Positions 44,812 through 55,075 of a DNA stretch of 64,000 nt are shown one piece after another (positions within the stretch are counted from its first letter, which is position 1; every line of letters starts with the position of its first letter). The stretch is from Parvularcula sp. Lineage in GTDB: Bacteria > Pseudomonadota > Alphaproteobacteria > Caulobacterales > Parvularculaceae. The position numbers were made by a program, and so were the translations under genes. The stretch covers positions 5,827-69,826 of the forward strand of contig PAIP01000034.1 in the NCBI GenBank assembly GCA_002704915.1, read 5' to 3'. The notes under the pieces were generated by a model. That model had not been told where the DNA came from. It worked only from the letters and a program-made list of their open reading frames with translations, and searched no databases.

Positions 44812-46130
44812 CCGCAGCAATCAGGAAAATGATTCCCATGAAATCCTTCACCGCTTTCATCGCCGCTGCTTCTGTCTTTGCAGCAGCAGCGCATGCGCAA
44901 ACCGTCGCCATCATGAACGGGCAAGTGCATACCGTTTCGGGCGGCGTCATCGAAGAAGGCGACGTGATCATCCGTGACGGCCGCATCGCTCAAGTGGGCG
45001 CGGATTTATCCGCCCCCGCCGGCGCCACGGTCATCGACGCCTCGGGCAAGGTGGTGACGCCGGGCCTTTTCTCGCCGATTTCCTCGATTGGCCTTGTTGA
45101 GATCGGCGCCGTTGCCGATTCCAATGACGCAACGCCGGCCCCTCAGTCGCCCACGGACGATTTTCCGCTCGGCGCATCGCTGAACGCCATCGACGCCTAT
45201 AATCCGTCGTCTTCGCTCATTCCCGTGAATCGGGCGGGGGGCGTCACCCGTGCGCTGATGGCGCCAAATCCTGGCACATCGATCTTCGGCGGCCGTGCGG
45301 CGGTCATCGACCTTTCCGGGCGGGCGAATTCCGTCACCCGCGCGGAAGCGGCGCAATATGTCGCCATGGGCCAACAGGGCTCCGACCGCAGCGGGGGCAC
45401 GCGCATGGGCGCCTGGGCGCAGTTGCGCGACTATCTCGATGAAGCGCGTTCCTATCACGCAAATCCGAACGACTATATCCGCCGTCCGCATGGCCGGTTC
45501 GCCGTCTCGGATCTGAAAGCGCTGGGTCCGGTGATCGACGGCGAACAGCCGCTGATCGTTTCGGTGAACAGCGCCAACGACATTCGCACGCTGATACGCC
45601 TGAAAAACACCTACCGACTGAACGTTATCATTCATGGCGGTTCCGAGGCTTGGCGCGTGGCGGAGGAGCTCGCTTCGGCGAATATCCCGGTGATCACCGA
45701 TGCGCTTTACAATCTGCCGGGCGAGTTCGAGGATATCGACGCCACCTTGCAAAACGCAGCGCGGCTCAATGAAGCGGGCGTCAAGATCTCTTTCTATGAC
45801 GGCGCGCATAATATCCGCCTCATTCGCCAGCATGCTGGCAACGCTGTCGCCGAAGGCCTGCCCTTCGATGCGGGGCTGGCGGCGATCACGCTCAATCCGG
45901 CGACCATGTATGGTCTTGGCGATCAGCTCGGCTCGCTTGAAGCCGGCAAGATCGCCGATGTGGTGGTCTGGGACGGCGACCCTCTGGAGGTGACGACGCG
46001 GCCGGAGGCCGTGTTCATCAATGGCCGGCGTCAGGATCTCAACAACCGTCAGAAAATGCTGATGGAACGCTATCGCGATCTCGAACGGGGCGATCTTCCC
46101 TTCGCCTATCGCGGCGGGGAGAGCGATTAA
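44808..46130 (+). CDS. secreted amidohydrolase-superfamily protein (paralogous partner)
   Basis: A signal peptide and the C-terminal GSLEAGKIADVVVWDGDPLE. It overlaps the upstream amidohydrolase by 4 nt, and it lacks an obvious HxH motif. Confidence 0.8.
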   Translation: MTAAIRKMIPMKSFTAFIAAASVFAAAAHAQTVAIMNGQVHTVSGGVIEEGDVIIRDGRIAQVGADLSAPAGATVIDASGKVVTPGLFSPISSIGLVEIGAVADSNDATPAPQSPTDDFPLGASLNAIDAYNPSSSLIPVNRAGGVTRALMAPNPGTSIFGGRAAVIDLSGRANSVTRAEAAQYVAMGQQGSDRSGGTRMGAWAQLRDYLDEARSYHANPNDYIRRPHGRFAVSDLKALGPVIDGEQPLIVSVNSANDIRTLIRLKNTYRLNVIIHGGSEAWRVAEELASANIPVITDALYNLPGEFEDIDATLQNAARLNEAGVKISFYDGAHNIRLIRQHAGNAVAEGLPFDAGLAAITLNPATMYGLGDQLGSLEAGKIADVVVWDGDPLEVTTRPEAVFINGRRQDLNNRQKMLMERYRDLERGDLPFAYRGGESD

Positions 46131-47761
46131 GAGACGCTGAAGCTTTCAAGCTCCGGACCCGCAGGCGCTTTGCTCCTGCGGGTCTTTTTATGTCCGCTGT
46201 CGGCGATCAGGCTGAGCGCAATGGAGGGAAGAAGTCCCAGCGCAATCAGGATCAGCGCGGCGGGCGCCGCATCCGCAAGACGTTCATCGGAAGCGAGGCG
46301 ATAAATCTGGGTGCTGAGGGTTTCGAAATTAAAGGGACGCAAAATCAGCGTCGCGGGCAATTCCTTGGCGATGTCGATGGCGACGATCGCAGCGCCCGCG
46401 AGGAGGGACAGCCGCGCCATGGGCCAGTGCAACTCCCGGATGACGCGTTTGGGCGCGGCGCCGAGCGTCCTTGCCGCGCCGTCCATTTGCGGGCTGATCT
46501 GCGCAAGGCCGGCGGCTGCAGCGTTGTAGCCGGCTGTCAGGAACCTCGCCACATAAGCGTAGAGAAGAATGAGAACGCCGCCCGCAAGCGCGTGACCGGA
46601 AAGGCGTGCAAAGCTCGCCGACAGGGCGAGGACGCCGATCGCCATCACCGCGCCAGGCACGGCGTAGCCAAGCGTCGCCGCGCGCAAGACAAGTTTGGCA
46701 ATGCGCCCATGCGCCGCTCGCGCGCCATAAGCAAGGATGAGCGCCAGAAACAGCGCGGCGCCTGCGCCCGCGGCTGCAATCGCTGCGGTATTAAGGCCCG
46801 CCGCCGCGAGATTGCGCATGACGATGGCGTTCATTTCCGGTTGTAACGTTGAAAGCAGCAGGCCCGCCGGCGCGACAAAGCCGAAAAAAATCGGGAGGAT
46901 GCAAGCGACAAAGGCGAGAAAACCATGAACTGGCGAGAGGGAAAGGCGCCGCGCCTTGCGTTGTGCGCGCACATCATTGCTGGCGCGACCCTTTCGACTG
47001 GCGCTTTCCATCAGCACAAGCATCAGCGCCACCAGGAAGAGAGCAGCCGCCAGTTGCATGGCGCCCTGCAAATCGCCGAGCCCATACCAGGTGCGGAAAA
47101 TGCCGACGCTCAAAGTGGGCACGCCGAAGAAATCGGCGACGCCGTAATCGGCGGCGATTTCCATGAGCGCCAGCGCAAGGCCGCCGAAAAACGCCGGACG
47201 GCTCGCCGTCAACAAAACGCCGAGGGTCGCGCGGAAGGGATTTGCTCCAAGTGAGCGCGCCGCCTCCACCATCGCGCCGGAACGCTCGGCGAGCGAGGCG
47301 CGCATGGCAAGATAGACATAAGGATATGTCGTCAGCATCAGGACGAACGCCGCGCCCGGCAGGGACCTGATCTCGGGCAGCGCCTCGGCGCCGATAATGG
47401 CGGCGACCGGGCCGAAGGGACCGAAAAGATCGCCATAGGCATAGGCGGCCACATAGGCTGGAATGGCGAAAGGCAAGGCGAGCCCCACAGACAGCATTCG
47501 CCGTCCCGGAAACTCTGTCAGCGAAACCAGCATGGCCGTCACGGCGCCCACAATCCCCGCGCTCGCGCCGGCCGCGGCGCAGAGGAGCAATGTCGTCGAC
47601 ACATAGTTGAGACCCAGACGGCTTGTCAGAAGCGATAGAGCGCCGTCAGACCCGCCGGCGCCGGCCAGCATGGCGACGATGGGGGCGGCGGCGAAGACGG
47701 CGATCAGGATGATTGCCGCTGCGCCGCGCCATGCGTTCCTCTTTGTTCTCTTGTTGCTCAT
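46127..47761 (-). CDS. Fe3+/thiamine-type ABC transporter permease (fused double permease)
   Basis: A 544-aa polytopic protein with two permease halves, as in FbpB-type proteins. Confidence 0.85.
   Translation of the reverse strand: MSNKRTKRNAWRGAAAIILIAVFAAAPIVAMLAGAGGSDGALSLLTSRLGLNYVSTTLLLCAAAGASAGIVGAVTAMLVSLTEFPGRRMLSVGLALPFAIPAYVAAYAYGDLFGPFGPVAAIIGAEALPEIRSLPGAAFVLMLTTYPYVYLAMRASLAERSGAMVEAARSLGANPFRATLGVLLTASRPAFFGGLALALMEIAADYGVADFFGVPTLSVGIFRTWYGLGDLQGAMQLAAALFLVALMLVLMESASRKGRASNDVRAQRKARRLSLSPVHGFLAFVACILPIFFGFVAPAGLLLSTLQPEMNAIVMRNLAAAGLNTAAIAAAGAGAALFLALILAYGARAAHGRIAKLVLRAATLGYAVPGAVMAIGVLALSASFARLSGHALAGGVLILLYAYVARFLTAGYNAAAAGLAQISPQMDGAARTLGAAPKRVIRELHWPMARLSLLAGAAIVAIDIAKELPATLILRPFNFETLSTQIYRLASDERLADAAPAALILIALGLLPSIALSLIADSGHKKTRRSKAPAGPELESFSVS
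46156..46189 (+). terminator. Rho-independent terminator after the amidohydrolase pair
   Basis: GACCCGCAGG-9 nt-CCTGCGGGTC followed by TTTTT. It lies within the last codons of the convergent permease ORF. Confidence 0.65.
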
Positions 47762-47864
47762 GGGCTTAGGGCCCTGCTCTTAATTCTCGTTATTAACTGG
47801 TGACATCTATGCGAAAGTGAGGCAATTCCCAATCCCTGATGGAAAGACCGGCGCCGAAAACCTC

Positions 47865-48878
47865 ATGAGCCTCGACCTCGATCGCATTTCCCACCGCTAT
47901 GGCGGCGGCGTCGCCGCCGTCGATAATGCGAGCCTTTCCGTCGAGGCGGGCGAGGTTGTCTGCCTTTTCGGTCCGTCCGGATGCGGCAAGACCACGCTTT
48001 TGCGCATTGCGGCGGGGCTGGAGGCGCTTCAGGCAGGCGAAGTGCGCCTGGACAAGGCGCTGCTCGCGGCGCCGGGCCGGGAGACGCCGCCCGAACAGCG
48101 GCCCATCGGTTTCGTTTTTCAGGATTATGTTCTTTTCCCGCATCTGACAGTCGAGAAAAATATCGCTTTTGGCCTGAAAGGCATGAGCGATGCAAAAACG
48201 CGCATCGCCGATCAGCTCGCGGCCTTCGGCATAGAGGATCTCGCGAAACGCTATCCCCATGAGCTTTCCGGCGGACAGCAGCAGCGCGTAGCGCTCGCGC
48301 GCGCCGTCGCCCGGAAACCGAAAGCGCTTTTGCTGGACGAGCCATTCGCCAGCATCGATGTGGCGCTGCGGCGGCGCTTGCGCGAGGAGTTGCGCCGTGT
48401 GCTGAAGGAACAAAAAGCGGCGGTCCTGCTCGTCACCCATGACGCCGATGAGGCTTTAGCGCTGGGGGACCGCATTGCGCTGATGGGCGCGGGGAAAATC
48501 ATCGAGACCGCTGCGCCCGAAGATTTATATGAACGGCCCGCCACACCAGATGGCGCAAGCCTCTTTCCGGGCAGCCAGACCGTGCCAGGCGAGGTCCGTG
48601 GCGGCGTTTTTACTTGTATGTTGGGGGAGGCGGCGGCGCCGGGCCTCAAGGCCGGGCCTGCACGGGCTGTGTTGCGGGCGGACTGCCTGACAGCGTCAAA
48701 AGACGAGCTTTCTCACTTTAAAGTCGCCGACGTCCGGTTTGCAGGGCCGGGATGGCGCGTGCGGCTCGCGGGGCCTGATAATGCGCCGCTCTGGGTGAAG
48801 ATGGCCGCTGCGCCGGAGGTCGGCGCGGGCGTGTCCGTCGCCGTGGATTGGTCTAAGGTCTTTGTTTTTTCTGGATAA
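47865..48878 (+). CDS. ABC transporter ATP-binding protein (FbpC-like)
   Basis: Walker A GPSGCGKTT, signature LSGGQQQRV and Walker B LLLDEP. ATG 47865 is preferred over GTG 47817. Confidence 0.88.
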   Translation: MSLDLDRISHRYGGGVAAVDNASLSVEAGEVVCLFGPSGCGKTTLLRIAAGLEALQAGEVRLDKALLAAPGRETPPEQRPIGFVFQDYVLFPHLTVEKNIAFGLKGMSDAKTRIADQLAAFGIEDLAKRYPHELSGGQQQRVALARAVARKPKALLLDEPFASIDVALRRRLREELRRVLKEQKAAVLLVTHDADEALALGDRIALMGAGKIIETAAPEDLYERPATPDGASLFPGSQTVPGEVRGGVFTCMLGEAAAPGLKAGPARAVLRADCLTASKDELSHFKVADVRFAGPGWRVRLAGPDNAPLWVKMAAAPEVGAGVSVAVDWSKVFVFSG

Positions 48879-48972
48879 TTTTAGGGTCGGCGAATTCGGC
48901 CCTGGCGGCTTGCGTTTGTCATCGCATTTGATATTTTTGCTATTGAGAATTATTCGCAGAAAGGTTTCTGAT

Positions 48973-50013
48973 ATGCCCGGAATGATGGCGCGGATCGGCG
49001 TCGCTGTTTTCGTCTCGATGCTGGTCGCTTGCGGCGGGGAAAAGCAAGAGCGGCCGATCACCGGCGAGGTCAATGTCTATTCCGGACGTCATTACGATTC
49101 CGATATCGTGCTTTTTGAACGGTTTACGGATGAAACCGGCATTCGCGTCAATCTGATCGAGGCGGGCGGCGACGCCCTAATCGAACGCATCACGCAGGAA
49201 GCCGACGCGAGCCCGGCGGATATTTTCATGACGGCTGACGCCGGCATTTTATGGCGCGCCGATCAGCGCGATGTTTTTCGCACAATTGACAGCGAAGAAT
49301 TGAAAGAGCGCATCCCCGCGCAATATCGTCATCCGGACGGAAAATGGTTCGGTCTGTCGAAGCGCGCGCGCATCGTCATCTACAATAAAGAGATGGGTTT
49401 GCCCGACGGGCTGGATACGTATGAAGATCTTGCCGATCCTGCCTATCGCGGCATGATCTGCGTGCGGTCTTCCTCGAACATTTACAACCAGTCGCTGCTT
49501 GCTTCGATTATCGCGCATAATGGGGCCGAAGCGGCCGAGGAGTGGGCTGAAGGCGTCGTTGCGAATTTCGCGCGCAAGCCCCAAGGCAATGACACGTCGC
49601 AGATCGAAGCTGTTGCAGCCGGTCTTTGCCGGCTCGCCATCGTCAATTCCTATTATACGGCGCGCTATAAAGGCGCTGACGATGCGAAGGCCGCCGAAAT
49701 CGGCGAGAAATTCGAGCTGTTCTTTCCCAACCAGGATGGAAGAGGCGCCCATGTGAATATTTCCGGCGCCGGCGTCACAAAATATGCGCCCAATGCAGAC
49801 AATGCCGAACGGCTGATTGCGTTTCTCCTGGGTGATGAAGCCCAGACCGCTTTCGCGCGCGGCAACAATGAATACCCGGTGGCGCCGGGCGTTGCCGCGC
49901 AAGGACCGATTGCGGCCTATGCCGATTTCAAGGCGGATGAGCTGCCGGTCTCGGCGCTTGGCGAGCATCAGGCCGAGGCGGTCCGCATATTCGATCGCGC
50001 AGGCTGGCCCTGA
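48973..50013 (+). CDS. Fe3+ ABC transporter periplasmic binding protein (FbpA-like lipoprotein)
   Basis: A lipobox (LVACGG), then VNVYSGRHYDSD...TGIRVNLIE...PADIFMTAD...RIVIYNK, which resembles ferric-binding proteins. Confidence 0.85.
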   Translation: MPGMMARIGVAVFVSMLVACGGEKQERPITGEVNVYSGRHYDSDIVLFERFTDETGIRVNLIEAGGDALIERITQEADASPADIFMTADAGILWRADQRDVFRTIDSEELKERIPAQYRHPDGKWFGLSKRARIVIYNKEMGLPDGLDTYEDLADPAYRGMICVRSSSNIYNQSLLASIIAHNGAEAAEEWAEGVVANFARKPQGNDTSQIEAVAAGLCRLAIVNSYYTARYKGADDAKAAEIGEKFELFFPNQDGRGAHVNISGAGVTKYAPNADNAERLIAFLLGDEAQTAFARGNNEYPVAPGVAAQGPIAAYADFKADELPVSALGEHQAEAVRIFDRAGWP

Positions 50014-50040
50014 TCGCAAAGCGAGTGTTAGCTTTGCGTC

Positions 50041-51312
50041 ATGACAACGCCGAATGATTCTCTGGATGATGTGAGAATGCGCGCTGAGAAGGGGGACGCC
50101 CGCGCGCAATATTTTTTGGCTGCAAAACTGAGCGGTGCCGGAAAAAAAAAGGAAGCTGATCGTTGGCTTGCCGCTGCAGCGGAGCAAGGTTTCGGAGATG
50201 CGCTCTATACGCTGGCGACCCGCAGGCTAGATCATGACGGCTTAAACGAGGCGGCTGACATGCTGGCTCGCGCCAGCAAAAAAGGATCGTCGCCGGCGCA
50301 ACGTCTCCTGGGCGTGCTAGCCGCCATGGGGCTCGGACGCGAGCGTGACTGGCGCGAAGCCATACGCCTCGTAATGAACTCGGCTAAGACGGGCGATCCT
50401 GCGGCCATGCGCGAGCTTGCGATGCTGCTCTTCGCCGCCGATCCGGAGGATCGGGACGGCGCCGGCCTCATCGCGGCAGCGGCTCCGCTGGACCCGGTCG
50501 CCGCCGCTGTCGCAGTGCGCCGGTATTGCGAAGGCCGCGCCTTCACAGATGCGCAGGCTGCGAACACGCAACTCAATTTTCTGGAACGAGCTCGGTACCC
50601 TCATGCAGCTTTCCTGAGGAAAGTTTTCGCTAAAGCCGGGGCGGCGGCGCCCCAAAGCCCTGCGGCGCCGGATTGGACTCGCATATCTGACAAGCTCTCC
50701 AATGAACCAGCAGTTCCCTCCCTTGCTGCAGAAAAATTGTGCGACACGCCGCCGGCCCGAGTTTTCCGCAGCGCCTACACGCCGGAAGAATGCGAATATG
50801 TGATCGCCGCATCGGCACGTCGTCTGGCGTCATCCACAATTGTCGATCCGCACACCGGCGCGACCATGCAGGATGCCTACAGGACGTCATTGACGGCGAT
50901 TCTCGCGCTCGTGGATCTTGATCTCGCCCTTGTCATGCTCAATCGCCGTCTGGCGGCGCTGGCGCGCCGGCCCCCGGAAAAGGCCGAGTGTCTGGGCGTT
51001 CTCTATTACGCGCCTGGGAAGGAATATCGGCCCCATTGCGACTGGCTGCCGCCGGGGCCGGAGTTCGAACGCGGCGGCCAGCGCGCTGCGACCGGCCTCA
51101 TTTATCTTAATGAAGATTATGAGGGTGGAGAAACGCGTTTTACGGTTCCCGACCTTGCCTTCAAAGGACGAATAGGGGACGTTCTCGTCTTTGAGAATCT
51201 TAACAAAAACGGGGATCCCGACCCGGCCTCACGGCATGAAGGGGTCGCGGTCAGGTCAGGGGAAAAATGGCTTGGATCGACCTGGTTTCGGGAAAAAAAC
51301 TACCGGCATTAG
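50041..51312 (+). CDS. Sel1/TPR-repeat protein fused to a 2OG-Fe(II) oxygenase (prolyl 4-hydroxylase-like) domain
   Basis: N-terminal Sel1-like repeats (GDARAQYFLA, GFGDALYTLA, GSSPAQRLLG, GDPAAMRELA). The C-terminal part (YRPHCDW...GLIYLNEDYEGGETRF...SRHEGVAV..GEKW) carries the HxD...H facial triad context. Confidence 0.75.
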   Translation: MTTPNDSLDDVRMRAEKGDARAQYFLAAKLSGAGKKKEADRWLAAAAEQGFGDALYTLATRRLDHDGLNEAADMLARASKKGSSPAQRLLGVLAAMGLGRERDWREAIRLVMNSAKTGDPAAMRELAMLLFAADPEDRDGAGLIAAAAPLDPVAAAVAVRRYCEGRAFTDAQAANTQLNFLERARYPHAAFLRKVFAKAGAAAPQSPAAPDWTRISDKLSNEPAVPSLAAEKLCDTPPARVFRSAYTPEECEYVIAASARRLASSTIVDPHTGATMQDAYRTSLTAILALVDLDLALVMLNRRLAALARRPPEKAECLGVLYYAPGKEYRPHCDWLPPGPEFERGGQRAATGLIYLNEDYEGGETRFTVPDLAFKGRIGDVLVFENLNKNGDPDPASRHEGVAVRSGEKWLGSTWFREKNYRH

Positions 51313-51354
51313 GGTTTTCAGAATGATATAACAAAGCTATAACAATAATAGCGG

Positions 51355-51813
51355 ATGAGGAGAAAAGTTGTGAGTGACAAGGGCCATGATCACGACGATG
51401 GGGGCTCCCGCAAAAGGCCGGCGGGGCTTTTGAAAAACGAGAAGCTGGTTTGGGACGTGCTCGCGGCAAGTCGGGACCCATTGAAAGCTTATGAAATTCT
51501 CGACCGCTTGAAGGAGCGGGGTGTTCGCGCGCCCATGACAGTTTACCGCGCGCTCGACGGTCTCGAAGCCAAGGGACATATCCACAAGCTGGACGGGTTG
51601 AACGCTTTTGTCGTCTGCAATCATGAAGGCCCTCATGTGGTCCAGACTTTTCTCGTGTGCGAAAGCTGTTCCACGGTGAAAGAACTTCAGGTGGTGGCGG
51701 TCGAGGCGGACATTGCGCCCGCCGTGCGCGCTGCGGCTTTTGACATGCATACGGCGCGGCTTGAGATCAAAGGCCATTGCCGCGAGTGCGCCGCTGCCAT
51801 GGCGGCTGCGTAA
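51355..51813 (+). CDS. Fur-family metalloregulator (Zur-like)
   Basis: A winged helix (LKAYEILDRLKERGVRAPMTVYRALDGLEAKGHIHKL) plus C..C pairs (CESC, CRECAA). GTG 51370, behind GAGGAG, is an alternative start. Confidence 0.8.
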   Translation: MRRKVVSDKGHDHDDGGSRKRPAGLLKNEKLVWDVLAASRDPLKAYEILDRLKERGVRAPMTVYRALDGLEAKGHIHKLDGLNAFVVCNHEGPHVVQTFLVCESCSTVKELQVVAVEADIAPAVRAAAFDMHTARLEIKGHCRECAAAMAAA

Positions 51814-51907
51814 GTTTTTCTGCAGGCTATTACCGAGACTAATTGACTCTCATAACGGCGCGCTTATGGTCGCGCCCATCGTCCGGCATATTCGCCGGAC
51901 ATGTAGC

Positions 51908-52100
51908 ATGCGGGAGAGGCCGGTCGTCATTGCGCCGGCGCCGAAGGAGCAACCGCCCCGGAAACTCTCAGGCAAAAGGACCGCTTGCTGCGCTACAGGC
52001 TGGAAAGCGGGCGGCGCTCATTAAGCGCTGCTCCACCGACGGAGTAAGCGGAAACACTATGGGGTGTTCTGCGAAATCTCTCAGGTTCCCGTGACAGCCG
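51908..52100 (+). promoter_or_regulatory. tandem glycine riboswitch (two aptamers) upstream of gcvT
   Basis: Aptamer 1 has CGGGAGAG...GCGCCGAAGGAGCAA...CTCTCAGGCAAAAGGACCG. Aptamer 2 has CTGGAAAG...CCACCGACGGAGTAA...CTCTCAGGTTCCCGTGACAG. The position upstream of gcvT is canonical. Confidence 0.8.
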
Positions 52101-52142
52101 GGGTCGCCGCAATGAAGCGGCGGTTTGTCATGGGAAAGCTGG

Positions 52143-53318
52143 ATGCCGAATCAGGATTACAACGAGCTCAAGAAAACGCCTCTCTACGATTTGCATCTGT
52201 CGCTCGGCGCGAAGATGGTGGAGTTCGCTGGCTATGCCATGCCGGTGCAGTATCCTGCGGGCATCCTGAAAGAGCATCTGCACACGCGCGAAAAGGCCGG
52301 TCTTTTCGATGTCTCTCATATGGGACAGGCCTTCCTGCATTCTCTCGAAGTCGAGCGGGGCGCTCCGGGCGCGCATGAGGCGATTGCTGCTGCGCTTGAG
52401 ACGTTGATGCCTGGCGAAATCTCAAAATTGAAAAAGGGGGCTGCGCGATACACGGTCCTTCTTTCCGAAGCAGGCGGCGTGCTTGATGATCTGATGGTTT
52501 CACGTCCCCTGAGGGATGACCTTCAGGGCATGATGTTCCTGGTCGTGAACGCGGCGCGCAAAAAAGAAGATTTTGCCCTCATTCAACAAAAGCTTGGCGA
52601 TCGCGTGCGGCTCGATATCGCCCACGACCGGGCGCTTCTCGCCGTGCAGGGCCCGAAAGCGGCTGCGGTCGTAAGCCGGCTTATTCCCGGCGCCGCCGAA
52701 CAGACGTTCATGACCATGCGCGGCTATTCCTGGCCGGCTGTAGATAATGGCGCTTATGTCGTGGTGAGCCGGCTTGGCTATACAGGCGAGGACGGGTTCG
52801 AAATTTCCGTTCCCAATTCCCATGCGGAGCTTCTGGCGAAGGCGCTGCTCGCCGCGCCGGAGGTGGAGCCGGTTGGGCTTGGCGCGCGCGACTCCCTCCG
52901 CCTCGAAGCGGGACTTTGCCTCTATGGGCATGATCTGACGCCGGAAACATCGCCCATTGAAGGCAATATCGCCTTCGCCGTCGGCAAACGCAGACGCGAA
53001 GAGGGCGGTTTTCCGGGCGCGGAACGTATTCAGCGCGAGCTCATAGAAGGGCCTAAGCGCCTTCGAATCGGCCTCAAGCCGGAAGGCCGCGCGCCCGCCC
53101 GTGAAGGTGCGGAAATACAATCCGTGGACGGACAGAAAATTGGCGAAGTCACCTCCGGCGGCTTCGGGCCGAGCGCCGGCGCGCCCGTCGCCATGGGGTA
53201 TGTGGAGGCCGGATTTTCAAAAACCGGGACTCAAGTGAATCTGATTGTGCGTGGAAAACCGCTGCCGGCGATCGTCGCCGATATGCCCTTCGTTCCGCAC
53301 CGTTATTACCGAGGTTAG
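52143..53318 (+). CDS. gcvT: glycine cleavage system aminomethyltransferase T
   Basis: [29 protein letters not shown]...[10 protein letters not shown]. The ORF opens at TTG 52125, and ATG 52143 is preferred. Confidence 0.92.
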   Translation: MPNQDYNELKKTPLYDLHLSLGAKMVEFAGYAMPVQYPAGILKEHLHTREKAGLFDVSHMGQAFLHSLEVERGAPGAHEAIAAALETLMPGEISKLKKGAARYTVLLSEAGGVLDDLMVSRPLRDDLQGMMFLVVNAARKKEDFALIQQKLGDRVRLDIAHDRALLAVQGPKAAAVVSRLIPGAAEQTFMTMRGYSWPAVDNGAYVVVSRLGYTGEDGFEISVPNSHAELLAKALLAAPEVEPVGLGARDSLRLEAGLCLYGHDLTPETSPIEGNIAFAVGKRRREEGGFPGAERIQRELIEGPKRLRIGLKPEGRAPAREGAEIQSVDGQKIGEVTSGGFGPSAGAPVAMGYVEAGFSKTGTQVNLIVRGKPLPAIVADMPFVPHRYYRG

Positions 53319-53328
53319 GGAGAAAAAG

Positions 53329-53700
53329 ATGACCGTGAAATACACCGAAGATCATGAATGGGTGAAAGCTGAAGGCGATGCTTACGTCATCGGCGTCAGT
53401 AAACATGCGGCCGAACAGCTCGGCGATGTCGTCTTCGTCGAATTGCCGGAAGTCGGCAAGACTTTCGCCAAGGGCGATGAAATGGCGGTGGTCGAATCGG
53501 TGAAGGCCGCCTCTGACGTCTACGCGCCGATCTCGGGCGATATTGTAGAAGTCAACAGCGCCATTGTCGACGAACCTGCGAAGGTGAATGAAGATCCGCA
53601 AGGCGCGGCCTGGTTCGTGAAGATCAAGCCGTCGAACCCCTCAGAGCTCGACGCGCTCATGGACGAGGGCGCCTACAAGGATTTCGCCGGCAATTCCTGA
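53329..53700 (+). CDS. gcvH: glycine cleavage system H protein
   Basis: YTEDHEWVK...[17 protein letters not shown] contains the lipoyl-lysine motif. Confidence 0.95.
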   Translation: MTVKYTEDHEWVKAEGDAYVIGVSKHAAEQLGDVVFVELPEVGKTFAKGDEMAVVESVKAASDVYAPISGDIVEVNSAIVDEPAKVNEDPQGAAWFVKIKPSNPSELDALMDEGAYKDFAGNS

Positions 53701-53728
53701 GGTCAATTCCAGGCGCGAAAAGGACTGA

Positions 53729-55075
53729 ATGATGAGATATTTGCCCCATAATGAGGCCGAACGTCAGGCGATGCTGAAAGCTGTCGGCGTTTCCGATATC
53801 GACGCCTTGTTTTCGGACGTGCCGAAAGAGGCGCTCAACGCGGATTTCAATCTGCCCGATCACAAGGGTGAGATGGAGGTGGAGCGTTCGTTAGGGGCGA
53901 TGGCCGCAAAGAATCGTGCGGCAGGCGCGGGGCCGTTCTTTATCGGCGCCGGCGCCTACAAGCACCACATCCCGGCGACGGTTGACCACATTATTCAGCG
54001 TTCGGAGTTTCTGACTGCCTACACGCCCTATCAGCCGGAAATCGCGCAAGGCACGCTGCAATATCTTTTTGAATTCCAGACCCAGGTCGCGGCGCTGACC
54101 GGCATGGAGGTCGCCAACGCCTCTATGTATGACGGCTCCACGGGCTGCGGCGAAGCGGCGCTCATGGCGCGGCGCATCACCAAGCGCGGCAAGGTGCTTC
54201 TGTCAGGCGGACTTCATCCTCATTACGGCGCGGTGACGCGCACCAATCTCGAACTGGTGAATGCGAAAGTCGTTCAGTCCCCCATGGATGTCGACGCGTC
54301 GGAAGACATCATCTCGCAAATCGACGACGACACAGCCTGCGTCGTCGTCCAGACGCCGGATGTTTTTGGCAATGTCCGCGACCTCACGCCCATCGCCGAA
54401 GCGGCGCACGCGAAAGGCGCGCTTCTGGTCGCGGTGGTGACGGAAGTGGTTTCCCTTGGCGCACTCAAAAGTCCCGGCGAGATGGGCGCCGACATCGTCG
54501 TCGGCGAGGGTCAGTCGCTCGGCAACGGGCTCAATTTCGGCGGGCCTTATGTGGGCCTTTTCGCCACGCGCCAGAAATATATCCGCCAGATGCCGGGACG
54601 CCTTTGCGGCGAGACCACGGACGCGGAAGGAAAGCGCGGCTTCGTGCTGACGCTCTCCACGCGCGAGCAGCATATCCGCCGCGACAAGGCGACCTCGAAC
54701 ATCTGCACCAATTCGGGGCTCTGCACCCTGGCCTTTACGATCCATATGACGCTTCTGGGTGAGGCGGGGCTCAGAAAGCTCGCCCTGCTGAACCATGAAG
54801 CGGCCTGCAGGACCGCAGACGCGTTGGCGAAAATCGACGGCGTCGAACTGCTCAACAAGAGCTATTTCAACGAATTCACGCTGCGTTTGTCGAAAGACGC
54901 CTCGGAGGTTGTCGAAAAACTCGCCGAAGGCGGCGTCCTCGCGGGCGTTCCCGGCGCGCGCCTGCTCCCGCACCGGAAAGACGCGCGCAATCTCCTCATC
55001 GTCGCGGCGACGGAATGCGTGACGGATGAGGATATCGAAATGTTTTCATCGAAACTCTCGGAGGCGCTGTCATGA
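53729..55075 (+). CDS. gcvPA: glycine dehydrogenase (decarboxylating) subunit 1
   Basis: [15 protein letters not shown]...[13 protein letters not shown] is the split P-protein alpha subunit. Confidence 0.92.
   Translation: MMRYLPHNEAERQAMLKAVGVSDIDALFSDVPKEALNADFNLPDHKGEMEVERSLGAMAAKNRAAGAGPFFIGAGAYKHHIPATVDHIIQRSEFLTAYTPYQPEIAQGTLQYLFEFQTQVAALTGMEVANASMYDGSTGCGEAALMARRITKRGKVLLSGGLHPHYGAVTRTNLELVNAKVVQSPMDVDASEDIISQIDDDTACVVVQTPDVFGNVRDLTPIAEAAHAKGALLVAVVTEVVSLGALKSPGEMGADIVVGEGQSLGNGLNFGGPYVGLFATRQKYIRQMPGRLCGETTDAEGKRGFVLTLSTREQHIRRDKATSNICTNSGLCTLAFTIHMTLLGEAGLRKLALLNHEAACRTADALAKIDGVELLNKSYFNEFTLRLSKDASEVVEKLAEGGVLAGVPGARLLPHRKDARNLLIVAATECVTDEDIEMFSSKLSEALS

Noticed and set aside
48943-48957. 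A possible Fur/iron box (TTGAGAATTATTCGC) lies in the AT-rich stretch upstream of the FbpA-like gene.
   Set aside because: It matches GATAATGATAATCATTATC only partially. Alphaproteobacteria often use Irr or RirA with different boxes. The match is too weak to call without a genome-wide motif model.
50142-50150. An A9 homopolymer inside the Sel1-P4H coding sequence could be a slipped-strand phase-variation tract.
   Set aside because: A8/T8 runs also occur inside ordinary housekeeping genes in this window, for example near 22507 and 40507. No population data are available, so there is no basis for phase variation.
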